This document shows, piece after piece, positions 32,288-41,512 of a stretch of DNA of 64,000 nt (position 1 is the stretch's first letter; each line of letters begins with the position of its first letter). The notes beneath the pieces were generated by a model that was not told the DNA's origin, did no database searches, and saw nothing but the letters and a program-made list of their open reading frames with translations. Position numbers and translations under genes: made by a program. The stretch spans positions 704,001 to 768,000 of the forward strand of contig CAVPIW010000006.1 of assembly GCA_963705105.1 (NCBI GenBank), in the 5' to 3' direction. Origin of the DNA: an uncultured Nitrospiraceae bacterium (lineage in GTDB: Bacteria > Nitrospirota > Thermodesulfovibrionia > Thermodesulfovibrionales > Dissulfurispiraceae).

Positions 32288-32971
32288 TTACGCGCCGGAA
32301 GACTTAATTGACAAGAGCACTGCAAAGAACTGCAAGACGCTCCCGGCGAGCACAAACACATGCCAGATAGCATGGTGATAAGGCAGTCCTTCCCACAGAT
32401 AGAAGATGATACCTGTGGTGTAGGTAACTCCACCTGCCACGAGGAGTACCAGGGCGTTCGCCGGGATAGAGGCTGCCAATGGCTTGATCGCAAAAACCGC
32501 TGCCCATCCCATCGTCAGGTAAAGGATGAGTCTCAAGGAGGAGAGACGTCTCAGAGGGGTGAGTTGAAGCACGATACCGAACATTGCAAGACCCCAGACA
32601 AAACCGAATAGAGACCAGCCCCAGACCCCTTGCAGACTGACAAGGGTGAAGGGCGTATAGGACCCGGCGATGAGAAGATAGATTGACGAATGATCCAGTA
32701 CCCTGAGAACGCTCTTGGCCTGCTGGTTTTGAATGCTGTGATAGAGGGTGGATGAGATATAGAGAAGTATGAGCGTAGCGCCATAGATGCCACAGCTCAC
32801 GACATGACGAACACTTCCGAAGACGGCTGCATGCTCAATGAGCATTCCCAGCCCCACGAAGGCCAAGATCACCCCGATCCCATGTATGATGCTGTGGGCG
32901 ATTTCTTCTGCCCTACTGTAATTCATGGTATCCTGATCCGCCGTGACAAAATTGTATACGTACCATATCAT
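32288..32971 (-). CDS. Hemolysin III / PAQR family membrane protein
   Basis: EEIAHSIIHGIG, SSTLYHS, LDHSSIYLLIAGSYTPF, HAIWHVFV; true start may be 32926. Confidence 0.9.
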   Translation of the reverse strand: MIWYVYNFVTADQDTMNYSRAEEIAHSIIHGIGVILAFVGLGMLIEHAAVFGSVRHVVSCGIYGATLILLYISSTLYHSIQNQQAKSVLRVLDHSSIYLLIAGSYTPFTLVSLQGVWGWSLFGFVWGLAMFGIVLQLTPLRRLSSLRLILYLTMGWAAVFAIKPLAASIPANALVLLVAGGVTYTTGIIFYLWEGLPYHHAIWHVFVLAGSVLQFFAVLLSIKSSGA

Positions 32972-33079
32972 TCTGCGTGCGCTGTGTCAATTGAGAGAAC
33001 AGTTGTTGCTCAGACTTCTCGATGAGGCTTTGGAAAAAAATCAGGAATACGAAAGCAGAAACGAACTCGTTTCAGGGTT

Positions 33080-33311
33080 GCCGCACAGGGGGCGGCTTAT
33101 GATTAAAGTCGACTGTGCCGCCCTGCCCCCCCCGGTCCGTGAAGGTCGACGTCAGACTCATTTCGGTGACGAACCGCGATCTTGTCAGGGTGGTCAGGGA
33201 GGGCGGGTGAGCGGTAAGGACGGAGCAGCAGAGATGTCAGGCATCAATCCAAAGACACTTGAGTCGAGGATGCAAAGACTGGGCATCCAAAGAAGCAAGA
33301 AGAATACCTGA
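33080..33311 (+). pseudogene. Internally deleted copy of the sigma54 activator gene
   Basis: Three fused pieces matching 14370-15998: GRLMIKVDCAALPP; gtgaaggtcgac..aaccgcgatctt (VKVD..NRDL); RVSGKDGAAE..KTLESRMQRLGIQRSK. Confidence 0.85.
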
Positions 33312-33454
33312 TATATCAGGAGACTCCTGATATATCAGAAGTCGACACCTTTCACCGTATCATTCCCCCATCGTTGCACTCGCTGAAGTTTCCAATGATT
33401 CCAAAGTCTTAGAGAACCCTTTCTTTCAACGCAGGCCGTGGCACAGCTTATGCT
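33308..33454 (+). promoter_or_regulatory. Tandem palindromic UAS plus sigma54 promoter, copy 3
   Basis: CTGATATATCAG-GAGACTC-CTGATATATCAG (33308-33338); TGGCACAGCTTATGCT at 33439-33454. Confidence 0.85.
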
Positions 33455-33499
33455 CCTTAACAATATATAGCTAACGTTCAGAGACAAAGGAGAAGAGTT

Positions 33500-33586
33500 A
33501 TGAGCATGGAAATGATACTTATCATCATCCTTCTGATTTTGGTCTTCGGCGGCGGCGGGTTCTACTGGACGAGACGGGGCCGTTAG
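33500..33586 (+). CDS. 28-aa membrane peptide (DUF3309-like), copy 2
   Basis: MSMEMILIIILLILVFGGGGFYWTRRGR; AAGGAG RBS. Confidence 0.75.
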   Translation: MSMEMILIIILLILVFGGGGFYWTRRGR

Positions 33587-33659
33587 GCGCCCAGACGAAG
33601 TTAATGCGGCTGACGCGCCAGGGTCGTCAGTCAGATCGAGATCCTAAAGGAGGAATACG

Positions 33660-33839
33660 ATGAAATCCAGCATGAAAGACAAAGTGGAAGGCACGCTTCA
33701 CGAAGCAAAGGGAAAGATCAAGGAAATGGCCGGGGACCTGACCGATAATCCAAAGTTGGAAGCTGAAGGCGCCGCAGAAAAGATAGCCGGCAAAGTTCAG
33801 AAAAAGATGGGCCAGGTCAAGAAGGTGCTGGGGAAGTAG
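33660..33839 (+). CDS. csbD: CsbD-family protein, copy 2
   Basis: Nearly identical to 27817-27996. Confidence 0.9.
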   Translation: MKSSMKDKVEGTLHEAKGKIKEMAGDLTDNPKLEAEGAAEKIAGKVQKKMGQVKKVLGK

Positions 33840-33982
33840 GAAAGAAGTTTCTCCTGCGCCGGCGCCCCTTGGGGAATGGACAGGTTTTTAGCGGCAGGTT
33901 ATATACGGCGGTCCTGCCGTTTCGCCGATGTACGACCCGTACGCACGTAAGGCATGAGGTCATAGAACAACAGGAGGTTGCT

Positions 33983-34132
33983 ATGCTCTGGACGATCTTT
34001 GTGATACTTTTGGTACTTTGGATGTTGGGGCTGGTGAGCGGTTACACGATCGGCGGATTCATTCATGTCCTGCTGGTCATTGCTGTTATCGTGGTGCTGA
34101 TCAACATTGTTCAGGGACGAAGACCTGTGTAA
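33983..34132 (+). CDS. lmo0937-family membrane protein, copy 2
   Basis: Nearly identical to 16690-16839. Confidence 0.9.
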   Translation: MLWTIFVILLVLWMLGLVSGYTIGGFIHVLLVIAVIVVLINIVQGRRPV

Positions 34133-34198
34133 ATAACTTCGAGGCGTTTCGCACCGCCTTTTCATACAACTGGTTGGAAAGTGGAGAAAGGAGGAGAA

Positions 34199-34762
34199 AT
34201 GAAGAAGGTTATTTTGTTGTCAGTGTTAGTGATTTTCGGATTGGCCTTGTTCTCGGGCTGCGCGTCTGTGCAAACATGGCCGGATTATGAACGGAGTGCA
34301 GAGAACAAGATGGTTGTCATCCAGGAGAAGATTGGGGAGGGGCTGAAAACCGGTGCTCTTTCCCCCGATCAGTCCCAGATGTTTCTGACGACGCTGAAGG
34401 GTATTCGAACGGACTATGCGGAACTGAGAGACAAAGGGGTCTACCGGAACGAGTGGGAAAGCCTTCATGGCAGACTTGATGCGCTTGGGGAAGAGATCAA
34501 CAGGGCGCTGGCCCGGACGACAAGAATTGAAGAACCGAGAAGCGGGGACAGGATTGTCGCACTCCAGAGGAGAATCGATGATGGAAGAATCAGCGGACGT
34601 CTGCCTCAGACGGAGGGCCGGGAAATTCAATCCAGACTTGACTCCATTCGGCGCGATTATTTACGGATGACGGAAGGAGGCAGATACACCACGAACGAGG
34701 AGAGAGCAGACATTTCCCGCAGGCTCGATTCATTGGAAATAGATCTAAATCGGTTCCGGTAG
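34199..34762 (+). CDS. Helical lipoprotein of unknown function
   Basis: Lipobox FSGC; two internal repeats (QEKIGEGLKTGALS / QRRIDDGRISGRLP ... RLD.L). Confidence 0.75.
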   Translation: MKKVILLSVLVIFGLALFSGCASVQTWPDYERSAENKMVVIQEKIGEGLKTGALSPDQSQMFLTTLKGIRTDYAELRDKGVYRNEWESLHGRLDALGEEINRALARTTRIEEPRSGDRIVALQRRIDDGRISGRLPQTEGREIQSRLDSIRRDYLRMTEGGRYTTNEERADISRRLDSLEIDLNRFR

Positions 34763-34860
34763 AATTTTTATTCGCGAAAACGGCCGGCTATGGTTTTGCC
34801 GCAGATCATGAATAAACCATGCAATCATCTGATTGCATGACGAAAGACAGGAGGAGAGAA

Positions 34861-35175
34861 ATGAAGAAGGTTATTTTGTTGTCAGTGTTAGCGGTTTTCG
34901 GATTGGCCTTGTTTTCGGGCTGCGCCTCTATGACGGGCAGAACGACAGGCGAGTATATCGATGACTCAAACATTACCTCGGAAGCGAATGCGATAATCGT
35001 CAAGGACCCGGACGCCCAGTATATGAAGATCGATGTCTCCTCTACGACCGGAAATGTCGTTCTCGCCGGTTTCATACATGACAAGAAGGCTGAGGAGCGT
35101 ATCGTAGCACAGATCAGGCAGATCAAGGGCGTGAAATCCGTGAAGAGCAACTTGAAGGTGGAAGCAAAGAAGTAG
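34861..35175 (+). CDS. BON-domain lipoprotein, copy 2
   Basis: Two amino-acid differences from 16902-17216. Confidence 0.9.
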   Translation: MKKVILLSVLAVFGLALFSGCASMTGRTTGEYIDDSNITSEANAIIVKDPDAQYMKIDVSSTTGNVVLAGFIHDKKAEERIVAQIRQIKGVKSVKSNLKVEAKK

Positions 35176-35275
35176 GCGGACAAGGGGGGGGCATTCCGTG
35201 AAAGCACTCCTCATGCATCCTGAATCCGCGGGGTGCCCCTTCTATTGCAGTGAGACAACGGAAAGAGGGAGCAAA

Positions 35276-35497
35276 ATGAAAACATACACGTTGATAGGCA
35301 TCATCCTTATCGTGATCGGAATCGTCACGTTCGTGTATCAGGGCATCACCTACACGACCAGGGAGAAGGTCGTCGATATCGGTCCCATCCGGATGACTGC
35401 CGAGAAGACGAAAACGGTTCCGCTGTCGCCGGTCCTGGGTGGCATTGCGCTCGTGGGCGGCATTGTCTTGCTGGTCATCGGAAACAAAAAGGGCTGA
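35276..35497 (+). CDS. Small two-TM membrane protein (DUF3185-like)
   Basis: IGIILIVIGIVTFVYQGITYTTREKVVDIGPI..PLSPVLGGIALVGG. Confidence 0.75.
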   Translation: MKTYTLIGIILIVIGIVTFVYQGITYTTREKVVDIGPIRMTAEKTKTVPLSPVLGGIALVGGIVLLVIGNKKG

Positions 35498-35534
35498 TGA
35501 GAGGAAACGTTTCAACTGCAAGGAGGTCGCTGTA

Positions 35535-35822
35535 ATGGACAAACGAAAGGCATACGAAGAAAAGCTTGATGCACAGCTGAAGGAATGGAACGCGCAGATC
35601 GATCTGCTCAAGGCCAGGGCGGACAAGGCCAGGGCCGAGGCGAAAATCGAATACTACAAAACCATCGAAGCCCTGCAGAGCAAGCAGAATGAGGCCGTGA
35701 CAAAGCTGCAGGAACTGAAGACCGCCGGCGATGAGGCATGGGAAGACCTCGTAACAGGGGCGGACAAGGCCTGGGATGAAGTCAAGGCAGCCTTCCACAA
35801 TGCGGCCTCAAAGTTCAAATAA
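35535..35822 (+). CDS. Coiled-coil stress protein (sll1863-like)
   Basis: MDKRKAYEEKLDAQLKEWNAQIDLLKARA..AGDEAWEDL..G.DKAW; AGGAGG RBS. Confidence 0.8.
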   Translation: MDKRKAYEEKLDAQLKEWNAQIDLLKARADKARAEAKIEYYKTIEALQSKQNEAVTKLQELKTAGDEAWEDLVTGADKAWDEVKAAFHNAASKFK

Positions 35823-35947
35823 GCAAAACCGATTTTGCGGTTTTCAAACAAGACTGCAGGATGTCTCAGGGAGGGAAGGTGAGAACACGTCGTTCTCGCT
35901 TCGGAACAGGGTGAACCGGTCAGCCTCCGACGTGAAGATATTCGTCT

Positions 35948-37012
35948 ATGACTGTTAAGGGTGATTCCGGCCGGGGAATCCGCCTCCTTGTCATCGCGGC
36001 GGCGCTCGTGATCATCGTCTGGGGCATCAATCAGTCACAGTCGGTTCTGGCGTTGCTCCTCATCTCCCTTTTTCTCGCTGTCATCGGAACGCCGCAGGTA
36101 CGCTGGCTCGAACGGAATCGTATTCCTTCCGCTGTCGCAGTGTTGATCGTCATCGCAGGAATGATCGCTATTCTGCTGATGGTCGGCGTGCTGGCGGGCA
36201 CTTCCATGAGGCAGCTTTCCGATGCCTTGCCTCTCTATCAGACCCGGTTGCAGCAGGAAGTCCTGGCGCTCAAGCCGCTGTTGGCGAGCATCGGGATCGC
36301 AGTCGATGAGAAGGTTCTCCTTGAGCATGCCGATGCGGAGGCGGTGAGCAGCCGGGTTGTCGGTTTGTTCGCAGGGTTGGGTTCGGTGTTGTCCAACACC
36401 GTGCTGATTCTGCTCACGGTTTCCTTCATTCTGCTCGAGGCTTCGACCTTTCCCATCAAGCTCCGCGCCGCTCTCGGTGATCCCCGGGCGGCCTTTCCCC
36501 GGTTCGCCAGGTTCGTCAACGATATCAAACGCTATATGCTGATTCAGACGGCGATCAGTCTGACAGCAGGAGTACTCATAGGAATATGGCTGTCTATCCT
36601 TGGCGTGGATCTTGCCATTTTCTTCGGCCTGCTGACCTTCCTGCTCAACTATGTACCCAATGTGGGTTCCGTTATTGCCCTCATTCCCATGATCATCCTG
36701 ACGTTCATTCAATTCGGGATGGCACGCACCGCGCTTGCCGCCGCGGGTTATGTCGTCGTCGTCTTCTTTCTCGGAAACGTGGTTCAGCCGCGGCTTATGG
36801 GGCAGAAGCTCGGACTCTCTACGTTGGTTGTTTTTCTATCCTTGATTTTCTGGGGAAGCATGCTCGGCCTGATCGGCATGGTTCTGTGTGTGCCTATTAC
36901 TATGGCCCTGAAGTTTGCACTCGAGAGCAGTGAAGAGACACGATGGATTGCAGCTTTGCTCGGGCGGGAGCCTTCCGCTGAAAGCGCGCCTCGGGTATCG
37001 GAAAAGGGATAA
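35948..37012 (+). CDS. AI-2E family transporter
   Basis: Multi-TM; LLNYVPNVGS, GNVVQPRLMG..LGLS, SLIFWG.MLG..GMVLCVP. Confidence 0.9.
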   Translation: MTVKGDSGRGIRLLVIAAALVIIVWGINQSQSVLALLLISLFLAVIGTPQVRWLERNRIPSAVAVLIVIAGMIAILLMVGVLAGTSMRQLSDALPLYQTRLQQEVLALKPLLASIGIAVDEKVLLEHADAEAVSSRVVGLFAGLGSVLSNTVLILLTVSFILLEASTFPIKLRAALGDPRAAFPRFARFVNDIKRYMLIQTAISLTAGVLIGIWLSILGVDLAIFFGLLTFLLNYVPNVGSVIALIPMIILTFIQFGMARTALAAAGYVVVVFFLGNVVQPRLMGQKLGLSTLVVFLSLIFWGSMLGLIGMVLCVPITMALKFALESSEETRWIAALLGREPSAESAPRVSEKG

Positions 37013-37180
37013 TTCCGGGAGATCCGGGCTTGCCGCTTATTTTCCCCCTGCGATCCTCTGTTGATTCGCTGCTGAGGAAAGGGTGGAGTGAAGCTCCCCG
37101 TCCCAGAGGACGGACATGCTGAACACGGTTCGACAGATACGTGTCAGTGATTATTGACAGAGGAATGAGGTGAGCAGCAT

Positions 37181-38665
37181 ATGCAGACCGATGATAGGCA
37201 ACACCGCTCCATCTTACGGGCAATTGCGCACAGGGCGATGCTTCAGAGGGGATTACTCCCTGACTTTTCAAGTGAAGCACTCGCTGAACTCGGGAGGATT
37301 CAGTCGCCTGCATCGACAAACGGTGAGCAGTTTCGTGATCTTAGGGGCCTTCTGTGGGCGTCTATCGATAACGATGATTCCCGCGACCTGGACCAGCTTA
37401 CCGTTGCGGAGGCAATGCCGGGAGACAAGGTAAAGATACTTGTTGCAGTGGCTGATGTGGACGCTCTTGTTAAGAAAGGATCGGCAATTGATGAGCACGC
37501 CCGCCATAATACCACCTCCGTTTATACCGCCGGCAGTATATTTCCGATGCTTCCCGAAAAGCTTTCCACGGACCTCACATCCCTGAATTTCGATGAGGAC
37601 CGACTGGCAATTGTCGTTGAAATGGTGATCGGCGCGAACGGGTCTTTAGAGGACTCCGCTATCTACAGGGCTCGTGTCCGCAATCATGCGAAGCTCGATT
37701 ACAACAGCGTCGCCTCATGGCTTGAAGGGCCCGGAATTCTGCCCGAGGCTGTTGCGGCGGTCAAAGGACTTGATGAGAATCTTCGCTTGCAGGACAGGGC
37801 AGCGCAAAGCATGAAGAACCTCCGGCATGTGAACGGTGCCCTAAGCTTTGAAACGGTTCAGGCGAGGCCGGTATTTGACGGTGATGAAATCCGTGATCTC
37901 GAAGTCGAAAGAAAGAACCGGGCAAAAGAGATTATCGAGGATTTCATGATAGGGGCGAACGGCGTGACTGCCCGGTATCTCTCCTCAAGAAATTTCCCGT
38001 CCATCCGTCGTGTCGTCCGCACTCCGAAAAGGTGGGAACGGATTGTCGAGCTTGCTGATGAACATGGATTCAAGCTCCCTAATACGCCGGAATCAAGAGC
38101 CCTGGAGGAGTTCCTGACCAAGGCGAAAAGAGCTGATCCGGCCGGATTCCCCGATCTCTCCCTCGCCGTTATCAAACTTATGGGGGCCGGTGAATATGTT
38201 GCAGAACTTCCGGGAGATACCGACCCGGACCACTTTGGTCTTGCGGTCAGGGACTATACCCATTCCACGGCCCCTAATCGCCGGTACCCCGATCTTGTCA
38301 CACAACGCCTGTTGAAGGCGGCGATAGGAGGAAGTCCTTTGCCGTATAGCAATGATGGGCTTGAGGCCCTGGCGAAACACTGCACGGAAGAAGAAGACGC
38401 CGCTAACAAAGTGGAACGGCAGGTCGGCAAATCCGCTGCGGCAATCCTGCTGGAACACAGAATCGGGGAGCAGTTCGATGCCATCGTTACCGGAGCAGCG
38501 GAAAAAGGCACCTGGGCCCGGCTTCTCACGATCCCTGTCGAAGGGAGAGTGGTCCATGGTTTCGAGGGCCTTGATGTCGGCAAAAGGATTCGCGTGCAGC
38601 TGGTATCTGTAGACGTGGAGCAGGGATTCATCGATTTCAGTAAGGTCGGACCGGCAAGACATTGA
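37181..38665 (+). CDS. RNB-domain (RNase II/R family) exoribonuclease
   Basis: SIDNDDSRDLDQ, IEDFMI, HFGLA..YTHSTAPNRRYPDL, C-terminal S1-like domain. Confidence 0.9.
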   Translation: MQTDDRQHRSILRAIAHRAMLQRGLLPDFSSEALAELGRIQSPASTNGEQFRDLRGLLWASIDNDDSRDLDQLTVAEAMPGDKVKILVAVADVDALVKKGSAIDEHARHNTTSVYTAGSIFPMLPEKLSTDLTSLNFDEDRLAIVVEMVIGANGSLEDSAIYRARVRNHAKLDYNSVASWLEGPGILPEAVAAVKGLDENLRLQDRAAQSMKNLRHVNGALSFETVQARPVFDGDEIRDLEVERKNRAKEIIEDFMIGANGVTARYLSSRNFPSIRRVVRTPKRWERIVELADEHGFKLPNTPESRALEEFLTKAKRADPAGFPDLSLAVIKLMGAGEYVAELPGDTDPDHFGLAVRDYTHSTAPNRRYPDLVTQRLLKAAIGGSPLPYSNDGLEALAKHCTEEEDAANKVERQVGKSAAAILLEHRIGEQFDAIVTGAAEKGTWARLLTIPVEGRVVHGFEGLDVGKRIRVQLVSVDVEQGFIDFSKVGPARH

Positions 38666-38721
38666 TGAAAGGGAAACAGTTGCAGAGTGCTCACTCTAAA
38701 AATTAAAAGCAGGTATGAAGC

Positions 38722-40602
38722 ATGGCTGAAGATAAGAAAGACAAGATAGGCGGTATCCCTGGTATCTACTGGAGGTACATTGCAGCTCTCTTTATCGCGT
38801 CAGTGGTCATATTCGTATGGAACAGCAGTTTCAACGTTGGCGCTACTCCACATTACACAATAAATTATAGTCAGTTCATGGAGCAATTAAGCGCAGGCAA
38901 TATAAAGTCCGTTTCAATAAAGAAGCTGCTTGTAAGCGGGGAATTAGTGAAAGAGATGAGCGTGCAGTTCCAGGGAGAAAAGAAACCCTCACAGGTGAGA
39001 TACTTTCAAACCGTCCTGCCTGTTTTTCAGGATGAAGGACTCCTGCCCCAACTGAGAGAAAAGAAAGTGGCCATCACCATCGAGTCGGCTGAAGAGGGAT
39101 ATCTTTGGCAGATTCTGATCGGGGTCCTGCCATGGGTGCTGATCATCGGTTTCTGGGTCCTGATGACGAAGAGGAATCAGCAGTTACAGGGTGGCCCGGG
39201 AGGGCTCTTTACGTTCGGAGCAAGCAAGGCGAAGCTGTATGATACGAAGAAACCGAGTGTGACCTTTAAAGACGTTGCGGGGATGGACAATGTAAAGATG
39301 GAACTGAGGGAAACAATAGAGTTCCTGAAAGACCCCTCCAGATTCGCAAAGATCGGCGCCAAAGTTCCCAAGGGGGTGCTTCTGGTCGGACCTCCGGGAA
39401 CAGGCAAGACCCTCCTTGCGCGTGCAACAGCGGGGGAGGCTGCGGTCCCTTTCTACAGTATCAGCGCTTCCGAATTCATCGAAATGTTTGTGGGAGTCGG
39501 CGCCTCGCGCGTCAGGGATATGTTCAAAAAGGCGAAGGCTTCTCAGCCGAGCATTATTTTTATAGACGAGATCGATGCAGTAGGCCGTGCGCGCGGCACA
39601 GGGCTTGGAGGCGGACATGATGAAAGGGAACAGACCCTGAACCAGCTCTTAAGTGAAATGGACGGCTTTGATCCCCATGAAGAAGTGATCGTCCTGGCTG
39701 CTACCAACAGGCCGGACGTGCTCGATCCCGCCCTCTTGAGGCCGGGAAGATTTGACAGGCATGTTGTTATCGACAGGCCGGGCTGGAAAGAACGGAAGGC
39801 AATCCTTGAAATCCATGCGAGGGGCAAGGTGCTGGCGGACAATGTCAATTTCGAGACTCTGGCGAGGGGGACCCCTGGCATGACCGGCGCCGACCTTGAG
39901 AATTTTACCAACGAAGCCGCACTGGTTGCCTTGAGAAAGAATAAAGACGACATAGATATGCATGACTTCGAGGAGGCCAAGGACAGTATCCTACTGGGAG
40001 CAATAAGAGAAGAGACCATAACCGATATGGAAAAGCGGATTACGGCGTACCATGAGGCTGGACATACCCTTGCAGCATGGGAACTGCCCGGAGCCGATCC
40101 GATATACAAGGTCAGCATTATCCCGCGTGGCATGGCGATGGGTGTGACCCAGCTCCTTCCCGAGGAAGACCGGCATTATTATCCGCGCACCTATCTGATG
40201 AACAGATTGAGTATAGCCCTTGCCGGGAGGGTTGCAGAAAAGATCGTTTTTAATGACAGCAGCAGCGGCGCGCAAAACGACCTGAAAGAAGCAACTGCAT
40301 TGGCCGAGAAAATGGTGGCACAATGGGGAATGAGCGACAGGGTCGGCCCGATCAATCTCGGACGCGGGGAAGAACATCCGTTCCTGGGCAGGGAGCTGTC
40401 TCTCCCGAAGCGCTACAGCGAGGAGATGGCCTGGCTCATGGACCAGGAGATCCGGCAAATGATCATCGATGCGGAATCAAGGGCGACTGAAATATTATCC
40501 GGGAAGCGACATGCCCTTGATGCCCTTGCAGAAGCCCTGATCAGAGAGGAGATGCTTGAACGAACCGATGTGGAGCGCATAATACAGGGTTCGAAAGTAT
40601 AG
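38722..40602 (+). CDS. ftsH: ATP-dependent zinc metalloprotease FtsH
   Basis: Two TMs, GPPGTGKTLLA, IIFIDEID, ATNRPDVLDPALLRPGRFDR, HEAGH. Confidence 0.97.
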   Translation: MAEDKKDKIGGIPGIYWRYIAALFIASVVIFVWNSSFNVGATPHYTINYSQFMEQLSAGNIKSVSIKKLLVSGELVKEMSVQFQGEKKPSQVRYFQTVLPVFQDEGLLPQLREKKVAITIESAEEGYLWQILIGVLPWVLIIGFWVLMTKRNQQLQGGPGGLFTFGASKAKLYDTKKPSVTFKDVAGMDNVKMELRETIEFLKDPSRFAKIGAKVPKGVLLVGPPGTGKTLLARATAGEAAVPFYSISASEFIEMFVGVGASRVRDMFKKAKASQPSIIFIDEIDAVGRARGTGLGGGHDEREQTLNQLLSEMDGFDPHEEVIVLAATNRPDVLDPALLRPGRFDRHVVIDRPGWKERKAILEIHARGKVLADNVNFETLARGTPGMTGADLENFTNEAALVALRKNKDDIDMHDFEEAKDSILLGAIREETITDMEKRITAYHEAGHTLAAWELPGADPIYKVSIIPRGMAMGVTQLLPEEDRHYYPRTYLMNRLSIALAGRVAEKIVFNDSSSGAQNDLKEATALAEKMVAQWGMSDRVGPINLGRGEEHPFLGRELSLPKRYSEEMAWLMDQEIRQMIIDAESRATEILSGKRHALDALAEALIREEMLERTDVERIIQGSKV

Positions 40603-40719
40603 ACAATTCATCACATATCGGCAGACGGTGACAATGTGAACAACTTATACGACAGATCACCGACGCAAAAGATGAGAAACAGTAACGCGGTTTCCAAGAG
40701 CTCTTATGAAGGTAGTATA

Positions 40720-40993
40720 CCTTTCAGTTGTATGAAAGACGGGGCGAAGCACTCTGAAAACAGTGTCAGTGTCAGTGTGAGTGTCAGCAAAAAGTTCACC
40801 TTCTTCAGCCGTCGGCCTGAAATAGCTTCATCGATGTCGGGCCGTTCGGGGAACGGCCCCTACAGGACTCCACTCTTTTTGTGATCGATCATTGGCTTGA
40901 AAGGTTGTCTTCAGTGAAGGTTAAGGTGTCGCCGCAGCAAGGTTTTCGGAGCATACACCCCGCCTTTCCCGGGAGTGTATTGCAACGATAAGG
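40720..40993 (-). mobile_element. MITE copy with TSD TATA, carrying a GTAG-REP hairpin
   Basis: TATA at 40716-19 and 40994-97. Confidence 0.85.
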
Positions 40994-41044
40994 TATACTG
41001 AAATAGCTGAGTGGATCTGATGTCTGAAGCTAAAGGAGATCTCT

Positions 41045-41449
41045 ATGAAAGCGACAGTGGGATTGTGGATTGACCATAGGAAGGCTATTATCGTGGCTGT
41101 TACGGACAAAGGGGAAGAGACGGCGCTGATAATATCGAAGGTTGAAAAACAGCTTCGCCGCTCCGGTGACTCGCCTCTGAAGGGGTCCTATGAATCATCA
41201 CAGGTACCGGCAAGTGATAGACGCCAGAAAGCGTTTACGGGACATCTCAACATTTACTACGATGCGGTCATTGCGAGCATTCGTGATGCAGCATCTATAC
41301 TGATATTCGGTCCTGGTGACGCAAAGGGAGAACTCAAGAAACGTCTCAAAAGAAACAATCTCGGCGAACGAATCGTAGGCATTGAAACAGTCGACAAGAT
41401 GACGGATCGTCAGATTGCGCAGAAAGTTCGGAAGTATTTTCAGAAATAG
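41045..41449 (+). CDS. Hypothetical protein, eRF1/baeRF-like translation-associated fold
   Basis: VGLWIDHRKAII..ILIFGPGDAKGEL..ETVDKMTDRQI pattern; AAGGAG RBS. Confidence 0.65.
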   Translation: MKATVGLWIDHRKAIIVAVTDKGEETALIISKVEKQLRRSGDSPLKGSYESSQVPASDRRQKAFTGHLNIYYDAVIASIRDAASILIFGPGDAKGELKKRLKRNNLGERIVGIETVDKMTDRQIAQKVRKYFQK

Positions 41450-41512
41450 CGGGCCGGCGCAGTGATCCCGGCCGACGCTTGTGTGAAAAACTGAAATGAG
41501 AAGGGACATGAC

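Noticed and set aside
32943..33311. 122-aa ORF as a functional mini-regulator
   Set aside because: Patchwork of activator fragments in mixed frames; treated as a pseudogene
34785..34801. Additional sigma54 site (CCGGCTATGGTTTTGCC) before the second BON gene
   Set aside because: Only GG-N10-GC spacing matches; poor -24 context and no UAS nearby
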